From contig JBHGNT010000011.1 of the NCBI GenBank assembly GCA_043228905.1, positions 310,001 to 374,000 of the forward strand: DNA of 64,000 nt, written 5' to 3'. This document shows positions 10,073 to 20,373 of the stretch, piece by piece. The notes beneath the pieces are model-generated. The model searched no databases. It was not told the origin of the DNA and was given only the letters and a program-made list of their open reading frames with translations. This DNA is from Azolla caroliniana. Its lineage: Eukaryota > Plantae > Polypodiophyta. Within the stretch, counting starts at the first letter, position 1. Every line of letters starts with the position of its first letter. The translations under genes and the position numbers were made by a program.

Positions 10073-11971
10073 ACGGTCAATTAGATCATCAGCCCGAGGC
10101 AATGGATACAAATTCTTGATCGTCACTTTATTCAAGCTTCAGTAATTAATACACATACGCCATGTGCCCTCTTTCTTTTTAGCCAAGAGAATTGGTGCAC
10201 CCCATGGAGATTTGCTATAACGTATATAACCCATTCGTAAATAGTCCTTGAGTTGCTTAGCTACCTCATCCTCTTCAGATCGACTTAAGCGATAAGGAGG
10301 TATACTTATTGGTGCAACACCATGTACAATATCTATACGATGGTCTATATTACGTTTAGGAGGTAACCCATATGGTAGTTCACTCGGAAAAACATCACGA
10401 AAATCATTTAAGATTTCATCAACTTGTTGTTGTTCAAAATATGTTAATTGAACCAAGACATTATCGATATTGTAAACGTGAATGTCCGGATCAAGTACAC
10501 AATAAAATAGAGTAGAAGAAGACAACTCGGATATTGATGGACACGAGGAAACAATCGAGAGATATTGTTTTTTACATATTGAATAAAATGAGTACAATTG
10601 TTAAGTACAAAAGTAATTGAATGATGAACCCAATCGATAAATAAAGAGGAGTTTTTATTATAAAACCAGGGATAACTCAGTATTACATCGGTGATACAAA
10701 GATTCATTACATGGAAGTCTACTTCCTCTACATAAGTATCAATAGAAATTCCTAATGAATGAATCGTCACGTTGATGTATTGTACTCTTCCATCAGCCAA
10801 GTGCACTGTATAGGTGTGATCACTTACGGTGGGTTGGATTCCCCATATCTAAACCAAACGATCATTCACAAAGTTGTGTGAGCTTCCCGAATCAAATAAA
10901 AATTGTACGGGAGATCCATTCATATACCCGTTTGCACGTAGTAAATCATTGGGAACCAATACATAGTGAGGGAAAGAACATTGACAATTACTTAAATGAT
11001 GCGTATAGACTTGAAGGACATTAGGAATCTGACCTTTATGGTCTGCAACTTTTGCTTTGCTGTCGTGCTCTTTCCGTTGGAGCTTTCAACCTTGTTGTTT
11101 TGTACGACCCTTCTTTTTGCAGAATACGCAAAAAGGTTGTTGTTGCTTGCAATCGCGATCCAGGAATTCGTTGGGTGTCTTGCGTTTCCCAGCAAATTGC
11201 GATTGCTTAGTCCGGGACGCTTCGTTGGGTTTGTTGTGGTCATTCTTCGAAGTGTGTTGATAGCGAAGAGCAATTTCAACAGCCTCTTCGAAGGATTTTG
11301 GATCCTTATCGTGCACTATCCAGTGATAGTCCGAATTGGGGATGCTATTGACAAAACTAGCAATCAACCAATTGTCCCCTTTTAGACCCGACTTTTGGAT
11401 TTGGGTTAGAACTACCATGGTGGACATAGTCTTCTAGCGAGGAAAATTTCTGGCTAGAGAGGTTCATTAGAGCTTGTGCTGCCTCGATTCGATAGGGAGG
11501 TTGCAGAAATTGGCCCTTGAAAACTGTGATAAAATTTGTTCAGGTATCGGGCAATTTCCCCAAAGTATGGAGCCCACGCCACTAGGCGGCGGCTTTACCC
11601 CCTAGTTCTTGGCCGACATATGCAATCTTCATACTATCTGGCATGGGATAGAGCTCAAAATGAGACTCCCATCGGCCCAACCATGTGCAGATTGCTTCTT
11701 CGGTTCTTTCCTTTTTGTCTCCCGTAAATGGCTTAATAACAAATGATGGTTCACCATGTCGCTCATCAGGTCTATTAGTCTCACGTTGTAGACTAATGAC
11801 ACGTGCCTCAAGAGCACTTTGAGATTGCCGAAGTTCGGTCATTTGTTGAGTGGTGAAACTAAGGTATTGGCTTATTTGCGAAAAATACATCTCAATGGAC
11901 ATTTGTCCAAGAGGATTCCCTTGAGTTCCTTCCGCTTGAGCAGATGACATCGGGTCGTTATTTTGAGCCAT
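10073..11971 (-). pseudogene. Element B gag, protease and RT N-half (frameshifted)
   Basis: gag from MAQNND (ATG 11971) with PFTGDK...WLGRWESHF; FLFDSGSSH protease near 10880-10905; PYGLPPKRNIDHRID, KSPWGAPILLAKKKEGTWRMCINY. Confidence 0.9.
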
Positions 11972-13164
11972 TAAATGATTGTTTCTGGAAAAGAAATAGG
12001 ATAAGGTAAGAGAGATAGTCATAACATCATGTCGTGATGTAAACATATCATGGACAAACATTAATCGATATCATGATCTCACGTCAATACCCCTCTAGAC
12101 GTATGAAATGAGGTTCAAGATCAGGTTACTATGGTAACACAAAGGTGTTTTAAAAACCATGGGGTTGACAATTTAATGTCTTTCCCTGATCTCTATATCA
12201 ATTTTTTCATGGCGGCTCCCGAAGCTCCACCATGTATGTTCACGTCATGAATAGTTTATACATGAAAAAAATGTTAGCAATAAACTATGTTTATGTGCCC
12301 ACATATGTGGTTTCAGCTCTTTAAGTCCTATTACGAGGACCCCGAAGTGCACTTAGACCTCAAGTCTAAACATGTGTTATAGTCATATGTATCAACGATA
12401 TTGTATGGTCTTGGTCATATTTGAACTCGAGACCTCGAGAACAAATGCATTAAACACTTGAGCCAACCAAGTAGGTTGCTCCTATTAAGTGTTAATGTTT
12501 CATCCGTATTAGAGATATGCGAGGTATTTGCCCATATATGTTTTTTTAAAAGAAACATATGTGTCAAGAGTCCTTATTTCGCCCTCATTTACCACAACTA
12601 TGTTGGTACGTTACCTAACCTCAAGTCTCGTAATTACGATGGCATATGCCAAAGTGCAACCTAATGGTCAAGCCAAATGAGCCCTTGTTTCGTAGTAGGC
12701 CCACGTGGCCCATCACATGGTCACGTCATTACGAATGCCTCTCGTAAGAACGATCCCATGGTGGCATCATATCCATGTAACGAGGGAGGGATGTTGGATA
12801 CGTGTGTCATAGGAGCGACCTCACATGAAGTGGGTCAAGCCCTACATACTCAACATCATTATGGCTATAGGAATTTCTTTACGTAACAAAATATCAAAGT
12901 CACCAACGGGGATTTCAACAATAAAAAATTGTTGAAAAAAAGGGATGGTGACAATGCTATTCTCACGAAAATGTGAGGAGGGTCACCAAGATCCTTTTCC
13001 CGACAAGGACAACATTCGATATAAATCACGTAATATTAAATATACACATATGCTCATAGATCACATATATACGATCAAATACGTATACAAGTGATGACAT
13101 ATGCGTATATTAAACAAATCGTTACAACAAATAGCCGAAAATGATGTAATCGAGATACGTAATC

Positions 13165-13407
13165 GAGGCATATACCTCTACGCACACGAGAGATCCAAAA
13201 ATCAGGGTTAATCGTAATACGCAATTGAGGTATTGACCTCTTACACATACGAGACCAAACGCATATGATTTACAATGAATCGAGGTATTGACCTTATACG
13301 CAAACGTAACATATGTTTGTGAACGTAATACGCAATTGAGGTATTAACCTCGTGTGCATACGACACTCATCACATATTCAATATACGTCAAATGAGATAT
13401 TGACCTC
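13165..13407. repeat. Five-unit degenerate tandem array (about 56-bp period) with palindromic core GAGGTATTGACCTC, in B's 5' UTR
   Basis: Cores start at 13165, 13227, 13282, 13338 and 13394. Confidence 0.75.
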
Positions 13408-13665
13408 ATACACATATGTAAATGTTTTATACAACCAATGAATTACCACTACAACATCATTGAATTAATGAAAAAAGTATACATATTAACCATACACATG
13501 ATTAGATGGGAGAAGAAAAAGTAGACAAAAAAAACAAGAAAGATTACCGAAGGTCCTTCGTTGATCCTTGTCTGCATGAAGGCCGACCGCACAACGATCG
13601 ATCGCCATCCATCGCGAAGACAAAAGAAAACAAAAGAAACATTAGAACATAGCTCAGATACCAAC

Positions 13666-14131
13666 TTTTAGAGACATGCACTAATGTAAGCATAAAATAA
13701 GGATAGAAAATAGTTAGATAGGTAGATCTAGATAGAGAGGAGAGAGAGAAAGAAGGGTGCCGATCCACCCGACCACCCCCGAGCGAAGGGATCGAGACGG
13801 ACTCGAGCCTTGATCGGCGTCCCATACCACCGCCTTGGTGTCGAGTCGTACCTGGTGCTAGCGCGCTCGCTACAAGAGTCAAACCACTCACGGACATAGT
13901 CTCGACGTAGTCAATTGATCCTGAAATGAGGGTAGCTAGGCCTCTTATTTATAGCGATAACCAAGGCCCCCAGCCATGTTCACACTTGGCCTAATGGGTT
14001 GTCTCAATCCCAAGGATTAAAAGTAATCCTCCCCTTCTTTACACTCTTGTTTAACCCTCACATTTATCCACGTGTATAGAATACTACGGTAAATTCTCAC
14101 CATGGGATATTATATGGTCATGCCCGTAACA
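13666..14131 (-). repeat. 5' LTR of element B
   Basis: Direct repeat of 3501-3970; adjacent to the PBS. Confidence 0.93.
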
Positions 14132-14756
14132 ACCAAAGTTGTCTTGGGCTGAAGCAATGTTGACGGCTGTTTATCTCATAAATAAGTCTCCATCAGTGCC
14201 CCTAAAGGGGAATGTACCACGGAGGGTGTGGACAGGAAGGACTGTGTCTTATCAACACTTAAAGGTGTTTTGATGCTTGGCCTATGTGGATGTTGCTAAA
14301 GATCAAAGGTCAAAGCTGAACATCAAGTCCAAACCTTGTATATTCTTGGGGTACTCGGAAGACGAGTTCGGGTATAGAATGTGGGATCTCCTTGATAAGA
14401 AAGTGATAAGACGTCGAGATGTCATATTCATGGAAGATAAGACAATCGAAGACTGGAAGCAACAAAGACCAGAGTCACCTTTCAAATCGACTACTGTTAT
14501 GGAGTCGATACTAGTTGATCCCACTCCCACACAACCAGTCGGCAGACAACAGCCGACTGATGAAGTCGAATTTGAGTCAGTCGACACCCAATAACAGACT
14601 GATGCACACGAATCTGAGTCGGAAGATGAGTTGTTGGAAGAAAGCGAATCTGAGCCAATTATTGAAGGAAGAAGATATCCACGAAGACAAAGGAAGACCT
14701 CCTCTCGATATCTAGCCAGTCAATATATCCTCTTGACTGATGAAGGGGAACCAGAA
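14132..14756 (+). pseudogene. Element A integrase C-terminus and linker
   Basis: WAEAM, AYVDVAKDQRSKL...PCIFLGYSEDEFGYRMWD, YILLTDEGEPE. Confidence 0.9.
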
Positions 14757-15220
14757 TGTTGGGATTTACGGTCCCTCTGGATGGGATGTCCGGAGATAAA
14801 TGACGGCAAGCCCGGTTGCGGTTACGGAACCGGATGATGAAGAGTACCCGGCATGAAGCCGGATGAAGTGTACCCGGATATGGAACCGGATGATGAAGAG
14901 TACCCGGCATGAAGCCGGATGAAGTGTACCCGGATGCGGATCCGGATGATGAAGAGTACCCGGATACGGATCCGGATGACGAAGACCCCGGTTACGGAGC
15001 CGGATGCTGAAGACTCCGGTTACGGAGCCGGATGACGAATGTACCCGGAGAGAGATCCGGATGCGGGGACATATTTGTGAATATGTTTGCCAAGAGCCCC
15101 TTGAGGCTATATTTGTAAATAGCCCGAAAGTCATATGTGTATAAATATGACTTAGGGCAAACAGTTTTGTTGTTGTTGCTTAATTTTCTGTTTTCCACAC
15201 AGAGAGGGTGAAGCGAGCAG

Positions 15221-15251
<31 letters not shown>

Positions 15252-15515
15252 GAGGAGGTCGTTGCCTCTGTGTATTACCGCCGCCTGTGGCGAAGACAGT
15301 GAGCTCAAGGTTGTTGCCTTGTAGCTTCACCATTGTACATCTCTGTGTATAGTGTGAGTTGGAGTTTGAGGACTCACGTGGTTTTTCCCATTTAGGGTTT
15401 TCCACGCAAAACACACTGTGTACTCTTCTCTCTATTGTTTTGGAGCATTTCGTATTTCCTGTTTTTCTGTGATTTGATCCTATTTCTCGGTTGTGGCCGA
15501 GCGCGGTGTTCAACA
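14757..15515 (+). repeat. 5' LTR of D, with a CCGG-rich U3 tandem array and a (GA)n tract
   Basis: TGTTG...CAACA; direct repeat of 19615-20373. Confidence 0.96.
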
Positions 15516-15545
15516 AGTGGTATCAGAGCGACGGTAACACAGAAA

Positions 15546-18500
15546 ATGGAAGGCGGCGGCAGCGGGCAGCCGGGGATGATGGTGCTGAATGCGCAGAACT
15601 ACGCCGACTGGAAGATAAAGATGGAGGACCTGCTCATTGTTCGGGACCTGTATGAACCGATCGACAGGTCGGAAATACCCAAGGGGGTACTTGAGACGGA
15701 ATGGAGGCTTCTGAACCGGAAAGCCGTAGCGACGATCCGACAATACGTCGATGTAAGCGTCCTACAACATGTGGCGAACGACACCAACGCATATGAGATG
15801 TGGAAGAAGCTGTCAGGCCTCTACGAGAGGAAGAATGCGTTGAACCGGACCTCCCTGATGAGGAAGATAGTGAACCTCAAGTACCGGGACGGCGAGAGTA
15901 TGGTGGAACACGTAAGCACGTTCATGGGATTCGTGAACCAGCTTGCGGCGATCAAGTTCCCGTTGGAGGATGCAATGCAAGCCATCATTCTGATGTGTAC
16001 ATTGCCGGATAGCTGGGAGAACTTGGTGGTGACTCTCAGCACCTCCTGCACCGAAGATAACTTGTCTCTACAAACGGTAAAGACAAGCATTTTGAACGAA
16101 GAAGCGCGTCGGAGAGATAAAGAACCGGCCTCCGACTCGAAGGCGCTGCTTACCGAATCGGAACGGGGAAGACAATGGAACCGGAGTCCGCAGAGACGGG
16201 AGAAGTCGGGGACCCGGTCGCAGTCAAGAGGAAGGCCCACATGCTTCCACTGTGGGAAGCCGGGGCACTTCCGGAAGAATTGTCGGCATTACCGAAAAGA
16301 CAACGGAGCCGACGACACCGATTCGAAGAAGTCACCGGAGCGAAACGGTGCATACCGGGGAGCCACGGATCGGCGAGGGCAGGACCGGAAAGGAACGACG
16401 GCACTCGCGGCAAGTGAGGAAGAAATCATGCTCATCACCGAAGAAGGTGAGCTAAACATTGCCGGCGATGAGACGACCTGGGTGATCGATTCCGGAGCGT
16501 CGTTCCACCTGACCCCGGAGAGAAGATACTTCTCGTCCTACACAGCCGGGGAGCATGGCTGTGTTCGGATGGGAAATGAAGGTACGTGCCGGATTGCCGG
16601 CATAGGAGACGTGTGGGTGACAACCTCGACCGGATGCAAAATGCTGCTGAAGGATGTCAGACACGTTCCGGAGGTTCGATTGAACCTGATTTCGGCCGGG
16701 AGGCTAGACGATGAAGGCTACACAGGTAGCATCCGGAACGGCGTAATGAAGTTCAGCAAGGGGAGCCTGATAGTGGCTCGGGCCCGGAAGGTCAACACAT
16801 TGTACCTGATGAATGCCCGGTTATGTCCGAAAGAGCTGAATGTGGCTGCCGACACTGCCGGTGAGCTGTGGCACAAAAGACTGTGCCACATGAGTGAGAA
16901 GGGGATGAAGAGGCTTGCAGAAGACAACCTTATTCCAGTGAAGCATGTGCACCTGGAGAAGTGCACCGACTGTCTGGCCGGTAAGCAAAACCGAACCTCC
17001 TTCCACTCAAGGCCACCGACGAGACGTAGCGCACCATTGGAGTTGGTGCATACTGATGTGTGTCAGGTAGAAACGAAGTCACATGGCGGAGCCCAGTACT
17101 TCGTAACATTCATTGACGACCATAGCCGGAAGCTGTGGACGGCACCGTTAAAGACAAAGGACCAAGTATTGTCCGTCTTCAAAGAACTTCACGCGAGAGT
17201 GGAAAGGGAATCCGGCAAGAAGCTGAAAGCGATACGAGCGGATAACGGAGGGGAATACCGGGGGCAGTTCCAGGAGTACTGTCGCTCGAAGGGAATCCGG
17301 CTCGAGTTTACTGTGCCGAAGACGCCGGAACTGAACGGGCTGGCCGAGAGGATGAACCGGACCATAATGGAGAGGGTCCGGAGTATGCTGGCACATGCGA
17401 AATTACCCAAGGGGTTTTGGGCTGAGGCAATGTCGACGGCGACATACGTGATAAACAGATCACCCTCAGTACCTTTGGACGGAGACACGCCGCAGAAAGT
17501 GTGGACCGGTAAGGAAGTGTCCTACCGGCATCTGAAGGTGTTCGGGTGTCTCGCATATGTGCATGTGGCAAAGGACCGGAGAGGAAAGCTAGATCCAAAG
17601 ACCCGGCCATGCATATTCCTCGGTTACGGCGACGACGAGTTCGGCTACCGAGTATGGGACCCGGTCGACAAGAAGATATTCAGGAGTCGAGATATCATCT
17701 TCATGGAGGACAAGACACTCGCCGACTGGGAGTCGGAGAAGAAGATGAAGAGTTCCAAGTCGACCGGTGAGAATAAACTCTACGAGGAGCAGTCCCGACC
17801 GGCAAGGGACCGGTTAACACTCGAAGATCCGGCCGAAGACGGTGAAGAAATAGAACCGGCCGAAGAAGATGAAAATGATACCGGAACCGGCCCCGATCCC
17901 GAAATGGATTCGGATGAAGAAGAATCGGAAGAACCGGTTACCGAAGCTCCGGAACGGAGATATCCTCTAAGAGAGAGAAGGGCCCCCCGGAGATTTCCGG
18001 AACCAGAGCACGTGCTGCTAACCGACGAGGGGGAGCCGGAGAGCTTTGAAGAAGCGAAGCATAACACCCAGAGCCGCAGGTGGTTAAGTGCCATGCAGGA
18101 GGAGATGGATTCCCTGCATGAGAACCACACATATGAACTTGTGGAGTTGCCGAAAGGAAAGCGGGCACTTCGAAACAAGTGGGTGTTCAAGCTGAAACCG
18201 GGAGATGCCGGAAACCCCCCGAGATACAAAGCCAGGATCGTGGTGAAGGGGTTCCAGCAGAAGAAGGGCGTCGACTTCGACGAGATATTTGCCCCGGTAG
18301 TGAAGATGACCTCCATCCGGACGGTGCTGAGCATAGCGGCAAGCATGGACCTCGAGGTAGAACAGATGGACGTGAAGACGGCATTCCTTCACGGTGACCT
18401 CGAAGAAGAGATCTACATGCAGCAACCGGAAGGATTCGAGAAGAAAGGAAAGGAGCACCTGGTATGCCGGTTGAAGAAGAGCCTCTACGGTCTGAAGCAG

Positions 18501-19604
18501 GCTCCCCGGCAATGGTACCGAAAGTTTGACTCCTTCATGACCGATGAAGGGTACCACAAAACGCAGTCCGATCACTGCGTGTTTGTGAAGAAGTTCGACG
18601 GAGGAGACTCTCTAATACTCCTCCTGTACGTGGACGACATGTTGATCGTCGGACGGGACCAGGTCAAGATACGGATGCTGAAGAAGGCTCTTCACCGAAC
18701 CTTCTCAATGAAAGACCTGGGTCCGGCGAGGCAAATACTAGGGATGCACATCATCCGGGACCGGAAGAAGAAGCAGTTGTGGTTGTCACAGGAGAAGTAC
18801 GTGACAAAGGTGCTTCACCGGTTCAACATGTCGGAAGCAAGACCGGTCGGATCGACCCTCCCGGCAAACTGCAAGCTGTCCAGCAAGCAAAGTCTCAAGA
18901 CAAAGGCTGAAAAGGAGGATATGATGAAAGTGCCGTATGCCTCAGCCGTCGGGAGCTTGATGTACGCCATGGTGTGTACCCGGCCGGACATTGGATACGC
19001 AGTCGGAGTGGTGAGCCGGTATATGAGCAATCCCGGCAAAGAGCACTGGAACGCGGTCAAGTGGATACTCAGATACCTGAAGGGCACAGCAAACGTGTGC
19101 CTCCGATTCGGCTCCAGTAAGCCCGAACTCGATGGATTTACCGATTCGGATATGTCGGCTGATGCAGATACCAACCGGTCCACATCAGGGTATGTAATGA
19201 CGTATGCAGGGGGAGCTGTTTCATGGCAGTCGAGGCTGCAGAAGACGGTTGCGTTGTCAACCACGGAGGCGGAGTACATGGCAGCTGTTGAAGCCGGCAA
19301 GGAAATAATATGGATGAAGGACTTCATTAGAGAGCTCGGTATCCGGCAAGAGGAGTACCGACTCTACTGCGACAGTCAGAGTGCCATCCACCTTGCGAAG
19401 AATGCGGCCTATCACTCCCGGACGAAGCACATCCAGCGTAGATACCACTGGATCCGGGAAAGGATAGAAGACAAGGAGTTCGTGCTGACGAAGATCCACA
19501 CGGACGAGAACGGGTCGGACATGCTGACCAAAGTACTTACACCCGACAAGCTGGAAGCATGCCGGAAGAGGATCGGATTGGAGAGACATCCCATGCCGAA
19601 GTGA
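15546..19604 (+). CDS. Copia Gag-Pol polyprotein (about 1352 aa), intact
   Basis: CCHC knuckle, DSGAS protease, HHCC plus DDE integrase, YVDD RT, RNase H (DSD...TEAEY...DSQSA...DMLTK); the first ATG after the PBS is 15546. Confidence 0.96.
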   Translation: MEGGGSGQPGMMVLNAQNYADWKIKMEDLLIVRDLYEPIDRSEIPKGVLETEWRLLNRKAVATIRQYVDVSVLQHVANDTNAYEMWKKLSGLYERKNALNRTSLMRKIVNLKYRDGESMVEHVSTFMGFVNQLAAIKFPLEDAMQAIILMCTLPDSWENLVVTLSTSCTEDNLSLQTVKTSILNEEARRRDKEPASDSKALLTESERGRQWNRSPQRREKSGTRSQSRGRPTCFHCGKPGHFRKNCRHYRKDNGADDTDSKKSPERNGAYRGATDRRGQDRKGTTALAASEEEIMLITEEGELNIAGDETTWVIDSGASFHLTPERRYFSSYTAGEHGCVRMGNEGTCRIAGIGDVWVTTSTGCKMLLKDVRHVPEVRLNLISAGRLDDEGYTGSIRNGVMKFSKGSLIVARARKVNTLYLMNARLCPKELNVAADTAGELWHKRLCHMSEKGMKRLAEDNLIPVKHVHLEKCTDCLAGKQNRTSFHSRPPTRRSAPLELVHTDVCQVETKSHGGAQYFVTFIDDHSRKLWTAPLKTKDQVLSVFKELHARVERESGKKLKAIRADNGGEYRGQFQEYCRSKGIRLEFTVPKTPELNGLAERMNRTIMERVRSMLAHAKLPKGFWAEAMSTATYVINRSPSVPLDGDTPQKVWTGKEVSYRHLKVFGCLAYVHVAKDRRGKLDPKTRPCIFLGYGDDEFGYRVWDPVDKKIFRSRDIIFMEDKTLADWESEKKMKSSKSTGENKLYEEQSRPARDRLTLEDPAEDGEEIEPAEEDENDTGTGPDPEMDSDEEESEEPVTEAPERRYPLRERRAPRRFPEPEHVLLTDEGEPESFEEAKHNTQSRRWLSAMQEEMDSLHENHTYELVELPKGKRALRNKWVFKLKPGDAGNPPRYKARIVVKGFQQKKGVDFDEIFAPVVKMTSIRTVLSIAASMDLEVEQMDVKTAFLHGDLEEEIYMQQPEGFEKKGKEHLVCRLKKSLYGLKQAPRQWYRKFDSFMTDEGYHKTQSDHCVFVKKFDGGDSLILLLYVDDMLIVGRDQVKIRMLKKALHRTFSMKDLGPARQILGMHIIRDRKKKQLWLSQEKYVTKVLHRFNMSEARPVGSTLPANCKLSSKQSLKTKAEKEDMMKVPYASAVGSLMYAMVCTRPDIGYAVGVVSRYMSNPGKEHWNAVKWILRYLKGTANVCLRFGSSKPELDGFTDSDMSADADTNRSTSGYVMTYAGGAVSWQSRLQKTVALSTTEAEYMAAVEAGKEIIWMKDFIRELGIRQEEYRLYCDSQSAIHLAKNAAYHSRTKHIQRRYHWIRERIEDKEFVLTKIHTDENGSDMLTKVLTPDKLEACRKRIGLERHPMPK

Positions 19605-19614
19605 AGGGGGAGTT

Positions 19615-20078
19615 TGTTGGGATTTACGGTCCCTCCGGATGGGATGTCCGGAGATAAATGACGGCAAGCCCGGTTGCGGTTACGGAACCGGATGATGAAG
19701 AGTACCCGGCATGAAGCCGGATGAAGTGTACCCGGATACGGAACCGGATGATGAAGAGTACCCGGCATGAAGCCGGATGAAGTGTACCCGGATGCGGATC
19801 CGGATGATGAAGAGTACCCGGATACGGATCCGGATGACGAAGACCCCGGTTACGGAGCCGGATGCTGAAGACTCCGGTTACGGAGCCGGATGACGAATGT
19901 ACCCGGAGAGAGATCCGGATGCGGGGACATATTTGTGAATATGTTTGCCAAGAGCCCCTTGAGGCTATATTTGTAAATAGCCCGAAAGTCATATGTGTAT
20001 AAATATGACTTAGGGCAAACAGTTTTGTTGTTGTTGCTTAATTTTCTGTTTTCCACACAGAGAGGGTGAAGCGAGCAG

Positions 20079-20109
<31 letters not shown>

Positions 20110-20373
20110 GAGGAGGTCGTTGCCTCTGTGTATTACCGCCGCCTGTGGCGAAGACAGTGAGCTCAAGGTTGTTGCCTTGTAGCTTCACCATTGTACATCT
20201 CTGTGTATAGTGTGAGTTGGAGTTTGAGGACTCACGTGGTTTTTCCCATTTAGGGTTTTCCACGCAAAACACACTGTGTACTCTTCTCTCTATTGTTTTG
20301 GAGCATTTCGTATTTCCTGTTTTTCTGTGATTTGATCCTATTTCTCGGTTGTGGCCGAGCGCGGTGTTCAACA
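19615..20373 (+). repeat. 3' LTR of D
   Basis: Follows PPT GTGAAGGGGGAG; direct repeat of the 5' LTR. Confidence 0.96.

Larger units (their letters stand above)
3501..14131 (-). mobile_element. Element B: degenerate Ty3/Gypsy chromovirus (Tcn1-like assignment tentative)
   Basis: LTRs 3501-3970 and 13666-14131; PBS TGGTATCTGAGC (13663-13652); PPT 3971-3984; TSD GCCAA/ACCAA (1 mismatch); gag-PR-RT-RH-INT-chromodomain order. Confidence 0.95.
14757..20373 (+). mobile_element. Element D: intact young Ty1/Copia (Tnt1/Tork-like)
   Basis: 759-bp LTRs at 14757-15515 and 19615-20373 (2 differences seen); PBS-Met 15518-15529; PPT before 19615; TSD CAGAA. Confidence 0.97.

Noticed and set aside
14811-15062. 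CRISPR-like appearance of short repeats in LTRs (also 23973-24160, 29597-29790, 57790-58010) and of the 13165-13407 array
   Set aside because: The units are head-to-tail tandem repeats or related degenerate units with no unique spacers; they sit inside eukaryotic LTRs or a UTR with no cas genes.
15435-15545. N-terminal extensions of the Gag-Pol ORFs in the ORF track (also 28305-28361 and 62157-62348)
   Set aside because: They start at non-ATG codons inside the LTR and differ among D, G and I; the conserved start is MEGG after the PBS.
15510-19992. Numerous antisense and alternate-frame ORFs recurring in D, G and I
   Set aside because: Shadow ORFs of a GC-rich, near-identical gag-pol; recurrence reflects recent common ancestry and no domain motifs are evident.
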